The notes under the pieces are model-generated. The model did no database searches and had not been told where the DNA came from. It worked only from the letters and a program-made list of their open reading frames with translations. A DNA stretch of 34,790 bases. Origin: Octopus bimaculoides. Lineage: Eukaryota. Positions 1 through 11,336 of this stretch are shown in pieces. Within the stretch, counting starts at the first letter, position 1; the number at the start of each line of letters is the position of its first letter. The DNA lies in NCBI RefSeq assembly GCF_001194135.2, contig NC_068987.1, forward strand, positions 39,474,096-39,508,885. Direction: 5' to 3'. The position numbers and the translations under genes are program-made.

Positions 1-383
1 AATACGGGTGACTAGGCTATAGCCAACACTGCCAGATATTTTGAGCATCTCTGCAGTGATTCCTGATGGGCCGTGGGCTTTCCCGGTCTTCATACTCTTA
101 ATTGCTTTATCTACCCTGGTACTATCAACTCGGATAGCTGGTCCCTCTATTGGGTCGACATACGGCAGGCTCTCTTTCTCCCATTCATTCTCTTTATTAA
201 GCAATCTATCGTAGTGGCATCTCCAGACCTCTTTCTTTGCATCCTCATTTAATGCAAGCGTACCATCATCCATGCGAACACATTTCTCTCCTACAACATC
301 ACTATTCTCTCTCCTACACTGTCTTGCAACACGAAATACCTCGAGTCTTTGGTCCTCACGGCGCAGAACATTGGCAAATCTTT
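1..383 (-). mobile_element. RTE-clade LINE fragment (EN-RT linker of ORF2)
   Basis: Minus strand reads FANVLRREDQRLEVFRVARQ...VWRCHYDRLLNKENEWEKESLP...KAHGPSGITAEMLKISG. Clearly homologous at DNA level to 31010-31410. Confidence 0.85.
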
Positions 384-510
384 CCTATGGAGGGAAATTA
401 AGATGGGCACTGCAGTTGAGGTTGCACAAATCCTGAATGAGGTATTCTTGGAGTGGGGCCCTGTGGACAAATTTCTGATGGACGGCAGTACTGCATTTCA
501 CTCGATGGTG
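384..510 (+). mobile_element. Probable Gypsy-type LTR retrotransposon integrase core fragment
   Basis: WREIKMGTAVEVAQILNEVFLEWGPVDKFLMDGSTAFHS resembles the rve segment around the second catalytic Asp (F..xGP..(I/L)xxD(N)G..F.S). Short, and recognised by eye only. Confidence 0.5.
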
Positions 511-799
511 GGTGTAGGGAGGTGGAGATGAGGTGAACCGGGAGGAAAGTGTCAGTGATGTCAATGGCTGAGAAAACCCTACCAGAAAAGGAGGAGTGAG
601 GAGGTTATGTGAGCAGAAGTAGGACCAGTGTGGCCCTCTTTTGCTTTGGGAAGTGGCAGCGGACAGATGTGAGTGGACATATGAGCTAGAGAGGGGATTT
701 GCTATTAGATTCCACCGATAGGATAGACAGGTAGGGTGCTTTTTGGATGTAACCCAGTTGCAAGGAAACATGAGAGGTAGGTGAATCACACTTTGTTCA

Positions 800-1151
800 T
801 ACTACAGTCATATCTCTTGATTTTTGTAGTTTTAGCTCTTCGAGGAATACGTTAAGCCCCTTTCTTTGATCCTGTACCTATCTTCCAGTTCCTGATATTT
901 CTCCTTCCTGGTTTTATCTTGGTTTTTTTCTTTTCAAGGTATTGATATGTTTTCATTGATTATTTTATCCTTCTTTTCCATCAAGGTTCTTTTTATACAT
1001 TTCCTCTTTTATGGTTTGGCTCAAGACCTACTTTCCTTCCTATGTAGATGATACATGCTTTAATCAATCTATTTGTTCCAGTTATATTATCTATCTTAAA
1101 TTCTTTCAGCTTCTGAGCCCATCCCCTCAGCAAAATTCTACTCACTTTCCT
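800..1151 (-). mobile_element. R4/Dong-like non-LTR retrotransposon fragment (downstream part)
   Basis: Minus strand gives KIDNITGTNRLIKA...KEP*WKRRIK...KYQELEDRYRIKERGLNVFLEELK...AKTTKIKRYD with stops and frameshifts, typical of the pre-RT region of R4/Dong ORFs. Confidence 0.65.
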
Positions 1152-1309
1152 AAGAGCGGCTGTGTGGTAAGTAGCTTGCTTACCAACCACATGGTTCCGG
1201 GTTCAGTCCCACTGCATAGCACCTTTGGCAAGTGTCTTCTACTATAGCTTCGGGCCGACCAAAGCCTTGTGAGCGGATTTGGTAGACGGAAACTGAAAGA
1301 AGCCCATCG

Positions 1310-1378
<69 letters not shown>

Positions 1379-1580
1379 TTGTGTGTTTGTGTTTGTCCTC
1401 GCAACATTGCTTGACAACCGATGCTGGTGTGTTTACATCCCCGTAATCTAGAGGTTTGGCAAAAGAGACTGATACAATAAGTACTAGGATTACAAAGAAT
1501 AAGTCCTGGGGTCGATTTGCTCGACTAAAGGCGGTGCTCCAGCATGACCGCAGTCGAATGACTGAAACAAGTAAAAGAGA
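1152..1580 (+). mobile_element. tRNA-derived SINE with internal (GT)n (octopus-type)
   Basis: A-box/B-box-like head (gctgtgtggtaagtagc...ggttccgggttcagtccc), internal GT microsatellite, tail ...gactgaaacaagtaaaaga. Homologous to 8625-8794 and 10368-10678. Confidence 0.9.
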
Positions 1581-1585
1581 GTAGT

Positions 1586-1691
1586 ATGGTTGATGAAGCA
1601 ATCACCACCTAAGACAGCAGTAGTATTAATAAAAATTACCTCTACCGAATCACAAGTGTTGGGCTGCTGGCAACTAAATTAGCAACCCCAC
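1586..1691. repeat. 106-bp inverted repeat, left copy (partner 2866-2971)
   Basis: Reverse complement matches 2866-2971 with 6 mismatches and no gaps (~94%). Confidence 0.9.
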
Positions 1692-1699
1692 TAAAGAGT

Positions 1700-2070
1700 A
1701 ATTCTATGTCCAAATTTTCTCAGTCCTTCTATATTCTCAAGACTTAAACCAGTATAATTCTGTGAACTTTCATTAACTACAATCTTGTAGATATTCTCTG
1801 TAGCCACCTCAACTTCACTCCCTGTGTTTTTGATTGTCACCCTTAATCTCATCAACCTCTAATGCTGTTAGCCATCCTTCTTTCTTATGGTCCTTGCCTG
1901 GTCACAGAATCTCTGTTCTGTAATATCTAAGCCCTGCATCTCCATCCAAATGTCATGCATTCTCTTTCTATATCCTCTTATGGACTTCCCTTCATCATCA
2001 ACAGGTCTACTCAAAAAATAACATTCCATGACCGCTTGTTCATTGCTTTAGTTCATTTTGTTCTGACAGC
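1700..2070 (-). mobile_element. R4/Dong-like non-LTR retrotransposon fragment (ORF N-terminus)
   Basis: Minus strand: CYFLSRPVDDEGKSIRGYRKRMHDIWMEMQGLDITEQRFCDQARTIRKKGWLTALEVDEIK. Collinear with 800-1151. Confidence 0.75.
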
Positions 2071-2085
2071 TGTATAATGACGACT

Positions 2086-2398
2086 GTGAAGGTGTGTGGC
2101 TTAGTGGTTGGGGCATTCAACTCACGATTGTAAGATCATGAGTTCAATTCCCGGCAACGCATTGTGTCCTTGAGCAAGACACTTTATTTCATGTTGCTCT
2201 GGTCCACTCAGCTGGCAAAAATGAGTTGTACTTGTATTTCAAAGGGCCAGCCTTGTCACACTGAATCTCCCTGAGAACTACGTTAAGGGTACATGTGTCT
2301 GTGGAGTGCTCAGCCACTTGCACGTTAATTTCACGAACAAGCTGTTTTGTTGATTGTTTCAGCTGGGACTCTCATCGTTGTAACCGACAGAGTGCTCC
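2086..2398 (+). mobile_element. tRNA-derived SINE (second family)
   Basis: A box TGGCTTAGTGG and B box GAGTTCAATTCC. The 3' body (aaagggccagccttgtcacac...gtggagtgctcagccacttgcac) is shared with the SINE at 32925. Confidence 0.85.
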
Positions 2399-2865
2399 TT
2401 AGATAATGATGACTGGGTTTGTGCTGCTCACCTCCTGGACAAGTGCCCATTACCTGCAGTTCCATCCTCATTTATGCCATTGTTTATTTTAAATCTTTTA
2501 TCCATTACCTAATATTTTTATCAAGACACCATCTCTAGAGGAGTTTGTCTAAAAAGACTCCAAGGGGTCCCTCTAACCTTAAAAGTTTAAGTGAGCCATT
2601 CTGCGCTGGACACCAACCCAGTACTCTGACCTCTGCAGCTGGTGAAGTATATACATATACATACTCATATCTACACATGCATATGTACACACACACAAAT
2701 ATAATTATTATTCATCATTGTTATTATAACTGCTGTGGTAAAAGCTTAATTGGCAGCACAACTAATAAAAATTTGCTGTTTGGAAGGTTGTTGACTCCTC
2801 AAAGTCTGTCCACCTTTAGACAGGCCTTGTATTTCATCCTGCAGAGTGACCAAATAGCAAGCTCT

Positions 2866-2971
2866 GTGGGGTTGCTGATTTAGTTGCCAGCAGCCCAACA
2901 CTTGTGATTCAGTAAAGATAATTTTTATTAATACTATTGCTGTTTTAGGTGGTGATTGCTTCATCAACCAT
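2866..2971. repeat. 106-bp inverted repeat, right copy
   Basis: Reverse complement of 1586-1691, ~94% identical. Confidence 0.9.
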
Positions 2972-3620
2972 GCTACCACTAAAAAAATTGGTGGGGAGGG
3001 AGAGAAATGATGAAGAAACAAAACAAAAAGAAAATGTGCCTGAGAGAGAGTAAACCCAACAGAATTTAGTAATCTAAATATAGAAGCTTAAAAATTTTGT
3101 AGAACTGCTGGAGATGTTGCTGCTGCTTATTATTATTACTGTTATTACTATTACTGTCAGCATAATTATCATTGTCACCACTACCAAGCCATTATCCCTC
3201 TTTTAATATTAAAATAATTGCTGGAGCAGTTTGGTTTACTTGAGTTTCTGCTTGGACATAAAGTCACAAGGGTAGGGATTATTACTTATTGCTACTACTA
3301 CTACCACTCCTATTATCATTAGAGCTGGCTTCATTGGCAGTATTACTAATAAAAGAACAATATTATTTGGGATTGGGGACACCTATTTTATAGAGCATGC
3401 ACAGTGGGGTTTGCGGTATAGTTTCATGGTTATAGTCAAGGTGTTAGGAATATCACATGACCGAGAAAAAAAAGCATAGGGACCAAGGGTAGAGAAGAGG
3501 ATGTGTCTCACAGCACAACTGTATACATGATATTGTGGTTGAAGTGTGGGTAGTTCAGGTGCATCACACACAAGCAAAATGGGTGTGTTGCTGCTGTGTT
3601 GAGGAAGATAAACAAAAATA

Positions 3621-4770
3621 TCATCATTTAACATCTGTTGTCCATGTTAGCATGGGTTGGACAGTTTAACCAGGGCTAGCAAGCTGGAAGGCTGCACCAG
3701 ACTCATGTCTGATTTGGCATGGTTTCTACTGCTGGATGCTTTTACGTGCCACCAGCATGGGTGCCATTTGCGTGACACCAGTATCTGCCACAACTGTGAT
3801 TTTGCTTGCTTCTCCTCAAGCATGGCATAATGCCAAAGGTCTCGCTTGTTGTCTCTGTGCCACTGGCATCAGCCCAATGCTCAAAAGGTGCTTTTTAGGT
3901 GCCACTGGCATGGGTGCCAGTTACGGGATACCAACATCAACCACGACTACTATTTCACTTGGCTTGACAGGTTTTCTCAAGCACAGCATATCGCCAAAGG
4001 TCTCAGTCACTAGTCATTGCCTCTGTGAGACCCAAAGTTCAAAGACAATGCTTAACCACTTCATCCCATGTCTTCCTGGCTCCCTCCAGTTAGAGATCGA
4101 CACTTTTTACACAGTTGTCCTTGTCCATATGCATCACATGACCATACCAGTGCAGTCGTTTCCCTTGCACACCACATCTGATGCCTCTTATGCCTAACTT
4201 TTCTCTCAAGAGCTTACACTCTGTCAAACATGCACACTGACATTGCACATCCAGTAAAACATACTGGCTTCATTTCTTTTAAGCTTACGTATGTCCTCAG
4301 CTGTCACAGCCCATGATTCACTGCCGTGTAGCATAGCTGTTCACACACAGACATCATACAATCTACTTTTCACTCTGAGGGAGAGGTCCTTTGTTGCCAA
4401 CAGAGGTAAGAGCTCTCAGAACTTTGTCCAGCCTAATCATATTCTCACAGCTATGTTCTCATGCATACACCTCTGCTACTAACTTGGTCATCTATCTAAC
4501 TTGGAAACTATCTACTACTTCTAGCTTACCCCAATGGCAGTTGATGGAGTCTATTTTCTGTACATTTTCGGTGTTTATTGTATTTGTGCATCTTCCACAC
4601 ACACAAAAGCTCCTCTCCACCTTACTTCTTGGATGCAACACACATCAACATGCCTCCATTCAAGCATCTCAACTATCTCGTGAGACCTACCTTTCAATGT
4701 GCCCACACTGACAGTGCCAACTCTGAAAACTGGGAAAGGGATGTGGGAGGGAAAAGAAAGTTTCAATGAT
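3621..4770 (-). mobile_element. Heavily deleted RTE-clade LINE remnant (EN N-terminus, RT C-terminus, 3' tail)
   Basis: TVSVGTLKGRSHEIVEMLEWRHVDVCCIQEVRWRG (APE endonuclease start) at ~4600-4720, RT-end-like sequence at 4020-4560, and a (gat)n-type tail near 3621. Confidence 0.75.
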
Positions 4771-4955
4771 AGTTTTATAATACACATGTCACATCAGTTG
4801 TTCTTGCTTTAACCTACCATCATTCAAACATATTAAAATTGTTGCCCCTATTGGGGTGAGTGTAATGTAAGCATTGTAAATATGTGTTATAAGCATTGCA
4901 AATATAAGCATTATTGCTGCAAACATAAATAGGTCAATAATTAAATTAAGTAAAT

Positions 4956-5343
4956 GAGCTGCTATTGGTTAGTCCATTACATATAGAAAGAGGTAGGTGG
5001 TTTGTTAATTTACTAAGTAACATATCTTTTGGCGTATACAGAGAGAGAGAGACTTGAAAGATTTTATCAGTGGACGAAATCATGGCAAGTATGAGAAAGA
5101 CACAAGTTATAAAACAAGGCAAGAATGTTTACAAATTTTAGAGAGGGAGGGAGATATTGCTGAGGAAATCACAGCAAAGTATGGGAACACATGGATTATG
5201 AAACAGGGAGAGAATATGGCAAAGAATTTAAAGAATTACAAGTTTTGAAAGTTATTTGAATAATTAAAGAATTGCAAATTTTTTAGGTTATTTTAAATCA
5301 AAGTACAGCATGTTAGTATTACAAGTTAGATGAATGAATGATG
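4956..5343 (+). repeat. ~390-bp direct repeat, copy 1 (copy 2 at 7989-8366; diverged partial copy ~5530-5720)
   Basis: Near-identical text from gagctgctattggttagtcc to gttagatgaatgaatgat. Both copies carry the same short ORF (KDFISG...NY(K/E)F*). Confidence 0.9.
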
Positions 5344-5752
5344 AGTGATTAAAACTAGAGAAATTTCTTAGCTTAGCTGATCATTTCATGTGATATAATA
5401 GTGGAGCAAGCAATGTGAAAGTTTGGAAAACCATATGGGAAGGATTCTTTATAAAATCTATAGCCGGAAGTGGTCAAATAAGTGACCAGATTCACCTCAG
5501 GAAATAGCAGTAAGAAGACACTAGTGAAGCAGGCAGAGAGAGACTTGAAAGACTTTATAGCTGACAGAAATCATGATAAGTATGAGAAAAACAAGTTATA
5601 AAACAAAATGAGAATGTTTGCGAATTTTAGAGAGAGAGGAAAAGATCGCTGGTAAAGTATGGGAACACATGGGTTATGAAACAGGGTGAGAATATTGCAA
5701 AGAATTGAAAGCATTATGAGTTATGAAGGTTATCTAAAGAAAAAGAAAAAGA

Positions 5753-6365
5753 AAACAGCAACATTATCACTAAGAGAGGGGTTGTGAGCGAGAGGCAGAA
5801 GGATACAATGTAGGATACATTTTGAAAAACAGTGCTATTCTTATGGAAAAAAACATTGGTTAATTTGCACGGTGGAGCCAATATTGTTATCAACATTCAA
5901 GGCTGACAGATTTTAAGTCAGCATGGAGATTCAGAAGTTGCAAGAACTATCACATATAGATGTTGCTACAGTTGATGTTAAACAAAGGTAGGCAAAGAAA
6001 GAGAAAGAAAAAATGACAGAAATATCACTAAGAGGGGAAGTGAGAGAGAGGGAGAGGGAAGGAGATGGTCAGTGTGTCACAGCTGTGTTGAGGAAGAAAA
6101 TAAACAAAAATACAACCGAGAGAGAGAGAGAAACGAGAAAACAGCAACCTTACCACTAAGGGAGGGTTCATGAGAGATAGGAAGAAGGTTACAGAATAGG
6201 ATACATTTCAAAAAACAGTGCTATTCTTATGGAGAAAACATTGGTTAATTTACATGGAAGAGCCAATACTGATTTTAAGTCAACATTGAGATTCAGAAGT
6301 CGCAAGAACTATTACCTATAGATGGGGCTGCAGTTGAAGTTAAACAAGGGTGGGCAAAGAGAGAG
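5753..6365 (+). repeat. Diverged tandem duplication (5753-6003 vs 6137-6365)
   Basis: Shared blocks aaaacagcaac...aaaacagtgctattcttatgg...gagattcagaagt(t/c)gcaagaactat...gttaaacaa. Confidence 0.8.
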
Positions 6366-7778
6366 TGATTGCTCAAAACAACGCAGTTCAAAATTATGAA
6401 AACAAGGGAGTGATAGAACAGCAACTGAGAAAGACACAGATGGAAATGACAAAAATAAGGTAGTACAACAAACGTTCAGAAAATAGGCACTTGTCAAAGA
6501 CAAAAGACAGATAAAGATAATACATGTGCTTGGATTTTTAAGCAGACTATACCTTGGCTTGTTACTAAGGAAACAGACACCAATATGTATGTGCATTCGA
6601 TTGGCTAAAATTATCCAAAACTTGCAAACTTTAAAGGCTATTAACTTTTTATTTATTAATTTATGGCAAAAAGGAATTTCCATAATTAGCATACAAAACA
6701 GCATCAATACACAAAATTTGAAAACAATTGGAACAAAGTCAAAAGAATTAAAAACTGTGAACGAAACAGAAAGGATTTGAATGAACTTTCAAATACAAAA
6801 GACAAACAGATTGATTAAGTAGAGACACTGCTATAGCAAGAGAATAGAAATGCTATTGAATAATTCAGAAAACTATTTCAGAATGACACCAGCTCATTTT
6901 GAATGATTTAGAAAGTAAAAATCTTATCAATTGAACAAATTTAACAGCTTCAAATGCTAAAGAGTTACTCACAAAAACACAAAAAAAATACATACAGATA
7001 CATAGCTTATTATATATATTGATGTTATTAGGACGTTTGCATGATGCTGTCATTTTAGTAAAATATGCATAAAATCATACATCACAACTCACTTCTGTTC
7101 TAAAATCTAGCACATATTCAGACTCTAAGATTAAAATATTCCCAGTACTATTTATTCAAGCTGCAACATTTTTTATGGTTGATAGAGTGTATGGGATATC
7201 ACAGCTTAAAGTTATATTTTTGTCAGAGTATTGAGGTATTTCTTGAAGTTGCTGATATCATTGGGACTCCATCTGAAGTGGTAATGACCCTTACATAGTT
7301 CTCTGGAGAACTCTACTCTGTATTGGTGACTGCAACAACTTGACTCCAGGTTAGCTGGAGGAGAACAATTCTGAGCTATTTTTCTCTAAGAATTGAATAG
7401 TTTATTTGTGTCTAGGGAGAATCATTACGCTCTTATTAACATACACTGCTTCAATTCCACTCCTGTATTATTAGTCAATTGGTTAAATATCCAACTAACT
7501 AATTGATTGTTTGTTTAACATGGTTAAACAGTTGGTCATTTGTTTTGTTACCCTGTGTGCATAAGTGAAAGCAGGGCATTGTAATCACTTGTCTTTGTTT
7601 GTTTGTCTGTGTGTTTGCAAATTTACTGGAAAACAGTTGAACAGATTTTCACTGAATTTGGCAGAAACACTCATTGTATGAGTGGCTTGAAATGATGAAA
7701 ATTTGGTTTGATTAACTTCATACATAAATATATACATAGATATGCGACTCTGTGTGTGTGTGTGTGTGTGTGTATGTG

Positions 7779-7816
<38 letters not shown>

Positions 7817-7988
7817 GATGGATTCAAGGGCTTTGTTTATTTACGAGTTGATTTCTTAATTTCACCAGAGTATAACTACCTATAATGGTGAAACACTTCT
7901 CAAACTCTAAGCAATATTTTCTATAAGTATTTCATTTTGCTCACATTTTTTCATATGAATTTACCCTTATCTGCATGGTGTTTCGATG

Positions 7989-8366
7989 AGCTGCTATTGG
8001 TTAGTCCATTATATATATAGAGAAAGGTGGTTTATTAATTTACTAAGTAACATATCTTTTGGCGTATACAGAGAGAGAGAGAGACTTGAAAGATTTTATC
8101 AGTGGAGGAAATCATGGCAAGTATGAGAAAGACACAAGTTATAAAACAAAGCAAGAATGTCTACAAATTTTAGAGAGGGAGGGAGAGATTGCTGAGGAAA
8201 TCACAGCAAAGTATGGGAACACATGGATTATGAAACAGGGAGAGAATATGGCAAAGAATTTAAGGAATTACGAGTTTTGAAAGTGAATTGAAGAATTACA
8301 AATTTTGAAGGTTATTTTAAATCAGAGTACATCATGTTAGTATTACAAGTTAGATGAATGAATGAT
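7989..8366 (+). repeat. ~390-bp direct repeat, copy 2
   Basis: Matches 4956-5343. It is flanked by another duplicated unit with (GT)n (7730-7875 vs 8490-8620). Confidence 0.9.
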
Positions 8367-8502
8367 TGGACACTGCACAAGTGCATGCAGAACAGTTCTG
8401 TCACTCTGACCGCATCTCAGGCAAGTTGGTCCGGTGTGTCTTGAACAGTGCCTGTAGACACATGTGGGTACATACATGCATAAATACATACATGGATATG
8501 AG

Positions 8503-8545
<43 letters not shown>

Positions 8546-8624
8546 AGTGATATATTCGATGGTTTTGTTTATTTAAGAGTTAATTTATTAATTTTACCGG
8601 AGTATAAAAACCTATTCTTTTATT

Positions 8625-8794
8625 CTTTTACTTGTTTCAGTCATTTGACTGTGGCCATGCTGGAGCACCTCTTTTAGTCAAGCAAATCGACCCCAGCACT
8701 TATTCTTTGTAAGCCTAGTACTTATTCTATCAGTTCCTTTTGCCAAACTGCTAAGTTACAGAGATGTAAACACACCAGCATCGGTTGTCAAGTG
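8625..8794 (-). mobile_element. 3' part of tRNA-derived SINE (same family as 1152), truncated by gap
   Basis: Reverse complement of the 1410-1580 tail (cttttacttgtttcagtc...caccagcatcggttgtcaag). Confidence 0.85.
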
Positions 8795-9728
8795 NNNNNN
8801 NNNNNNNNNNNNNNNNNNNNNNNNNNNNNNNNNNNNNNNNNNNNNNNNNNNNNNNNNNNNNNNNNNNNNNNNNNNNNNNNNNNNNNNNNNNNNNNNNNNN
8901 NNNNNNNNNNNNNNNNNNNNNNNNNNNNNNNNNNNNNNNNNNNNNNNNNNNNNNNNNNNNNNNNNNNNNNNNNNNNNNNNNNNNNNNNNNNNNNNNNNNN
9001 NNNNNNNNNNNNNNNNNNNNNNNNNNNNNNNNNNNNNNNNNNNNNNNNNNNNNNNNNNNNNNNNNNNNNNNNNNNNNNNNNNNNNNNNNNNNNNNNNNNN
9101 NNNNNNNNNNNNNNNNNNNNNNNNNNNNNNNNNNNNNNNNNNNNNNNNNNNNNNNNNNNNNNNNNNNNNNNNNNNNNNNNNNNNNNNNNNNNNNNNNNNN
9201 NNNNNNNNNNNNNNNNNNNNNNNNNNNNNNNNNNNNNNNNNNNNNNNNNNNNNNNNNNNNNNNNNNNNNNNNNNNNNNNNNNNNNNNNNNNNNNNNNNNN
9301 NNNNNNNNNNNNNNNNNNNNNNNNNNNNNNNNNNNNNNNNNNNNNNNNNNNNNNNNNNNNNNNNNNNNNNNNNNNNNNNNNNNNNNNNNNNNNNNNNNNN
9401 NNNNNNNNNNNNNNNNNNNNNNNNNNNNNNNNNNNNNNNNNNNNNNNNNNNNNNNNNNNNNNNNNNNNNNNNNNNNNNNNNNNNNNNNNNNNNNNNNNNN
9501 NNNNNNNNNNNNNNNNNNNNNNNNNNNNNNNNNNNNNNNNNNNNNNNNNNNNNNNNNNNNNNNNNNNNNNNNNNNNNNNNNNNNNNNNNNNNNNNNNNNN
9601 NNNNNNNNNNNNNNNNNNNNNNNNNNNNNNNNNNNNNNNNNNNNNNNNNNNNNNNNNNNNNNNNNNNNNNNNNNNNNNNNNNNNNNNNNNNNNNNNNNNN
9701 NNNNNNNNNNNNNNNNNNNNNNNNNNNN
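8795..9728. other. Assembly gap (N run)
   Basis: N bases. Confidence 1.
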
Positions 9729-10367
9729 TACGTACATGTATGTACATACTTACGTCTACCTGTATATATATAGATGCATATCTGGGTACAGGACATTGTA
9801 AACAAAGCGTAGACAAAATGATAAACGAGTACAGAAAACACACAGGCCACATAGAGAACATCTCCTTCATCAGCTGCCCCCATTCTAACACAGGCGTTTC
9901 GAAGAGTAGGGCAGGACGCATCGTTAAAACGGCTCTTCCCACGGACTACAAATTAAATTTAAATTAAAATTAATTCAAATTAAATTTGTAACATGGAGGA
10001 ATGTAGTGGCGGACAAAACCAAACAGGAAAGCGAAACAGAAAGAACAAAAATAGAAAGAACAAACAAGAAGGCTATACGGCCAGATGTGAAAAAAATATA
10101 TGTGCTGAATGCTGTGAAGCAACGAACTGGAAAGGAGACGAATATTTGTTTGTGCTGGCTTCGCGAAAGCGAAGATATAAAAGAAAGATAAGTAGTCAGA
10201 CACATGACCAGGGAAGGGTAGGAGAAAGAGTGGTAGAGGGAGAAGAGAGGGGAGGAAGTAGAAGATAGGTGAGCAAAGAGAGACAGGGAGAAAGAAAGAG
10301 ATACATATATATATATGTAAATATACATACATATATGCACACATGTGTACACATACATATGGTGGAG

Positions 10368-10495
10368 GCATCGCTGTGTGGGTCCAGGTTCAGTCCCGCT
10401 GTGTAACACCTTGGGCAAGTGTCTTCTACTATAGACTCAGGCCAACCAAACTCTTGTGAGTAGATTTGGTAGGTGGAAGCTGAAAGAAACCCACC

Positions 10496-10533
<38 letters not shown>

Positions 10534-10678
10534 TTGTGTGTGTCTTTGTGTCTGTGCCTGCACCATCGCTTGACTACTGCTGTTGGTGTATTTATGTCCC
10601 CATAACTTTGCAGTAAAATTGACTGATAGAATAAGTACTCCAGCATGGCCACAGTCAAATGACTGAAACAAGTGAATG
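10368..10678 (+). mobile_element. tRNA-derived SINE (same family as 1152), head partly deleted
   Basis: ggttcagtccc...gggcaagtgtcttctactatag...gactgaaacaagt, with an internal GT/AT microsatellite. Confidence 0.85.
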
Positions 10679-10699
10679 TACATATACATATATATATAT

Positions 10700-10936
10700 C
10701 ATTTCGAGCATGGCCGTTGCCAGTACCCCCTGACTGGCCTCCGTGCCGGTCGCACATAAAAGCACCCACTACACTCTCTGAGTGGTTGGCATTAGGAAGG
10801 GCATCCAGCTGTAGAAACTCTGTCAAATCAGATTGGAGCCTGGTGTAGCCATCTGGTTTCACCGGTCCTCAGTCAAATCATCCAACCCATGCTAGCATGG
10901 AAAGCAGGCGTTAAACGATGATGATGATGATGATGA
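10700..10936 (+). mobile_element. RTE-related non-autonomous repeat / SINE 3' end with (gat)n tail
   Basis: ggcattaggaagggcatccagctgtagaaact...cgttaaacgatgatgatg. Near-identical to 15450-15667. Confidence 0.8.
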
Positions 10937-10959
10937 TATATATATATATAAATGTACAA

Positions 10960-10993
<34 letters not shown>

Positions 10994-10998
10994 TATAC

Positions 10999-11056
<58 letters not shown>

Positions 11057-11078
11057 CATACATATACATATATATATA

Positions 11079-11336
11079 TTGGGTCATCCCATAAATAATG
11101 TGGCTTTCTCAATTGCATCAAAAGTCGGAGAGGGATGGGATAAACCTGCATCAACTTGCTATAAAAGCAGGTACTAATTTTACCTTGTACTTATTTGTAG
11201 TGAAAGTTTTGAAGAGTGCAGTTTGATTTTAAGTTATTTTTTCAAAGCTATAATGGAAGCGACAAAGGAGCATATTTTGCTTTATGGGTTCAGTAAAGGC
11301 AACAATGCAATGGAAAGTGCTAGGAATATTAATGCA
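11079..11336 (+). mobile_element. Mariner 5' fragment (left TIR plus start of transposase)
   Basis: TA followed by ttgggtcatcccataaataa. Aligns with the first ~260 bp of the mariner at 13331 and ends abruptly at a LINE. Confidence 0.85.

Noticed and set aside
6850-6910. NYFRMTPAHFE resembling a PIF/Harbinger nuclease N-terminal motif
   Set aside because: Too short, flanked by stops, with no further motifs or TIRs found.
4956-8366. The two ~390-bp direct repeats as LTRs of a retrotransposon
   Set aside because: No TG...CA termini, PBS, PPT or gag/pol remnants between them; the interior is more local duplication.
9850-9950. Hammerhead-like pieces on the minus strand (gaagag/ctcttc hairpin + GAAA, then CTGATGA)
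   Set aside because: The core elements are not in a workable order and stem I does not pair. At most a decayed PLE-terminal relic.
8751-9967. Long ORFs over N gaps (also 28529-29241) and HT/VC/YI-repeat ORFs (e.g. 1142-1601, 30141-30794)
   Set aside because: Artefacts of N runs and dinucleotide microsatellites.
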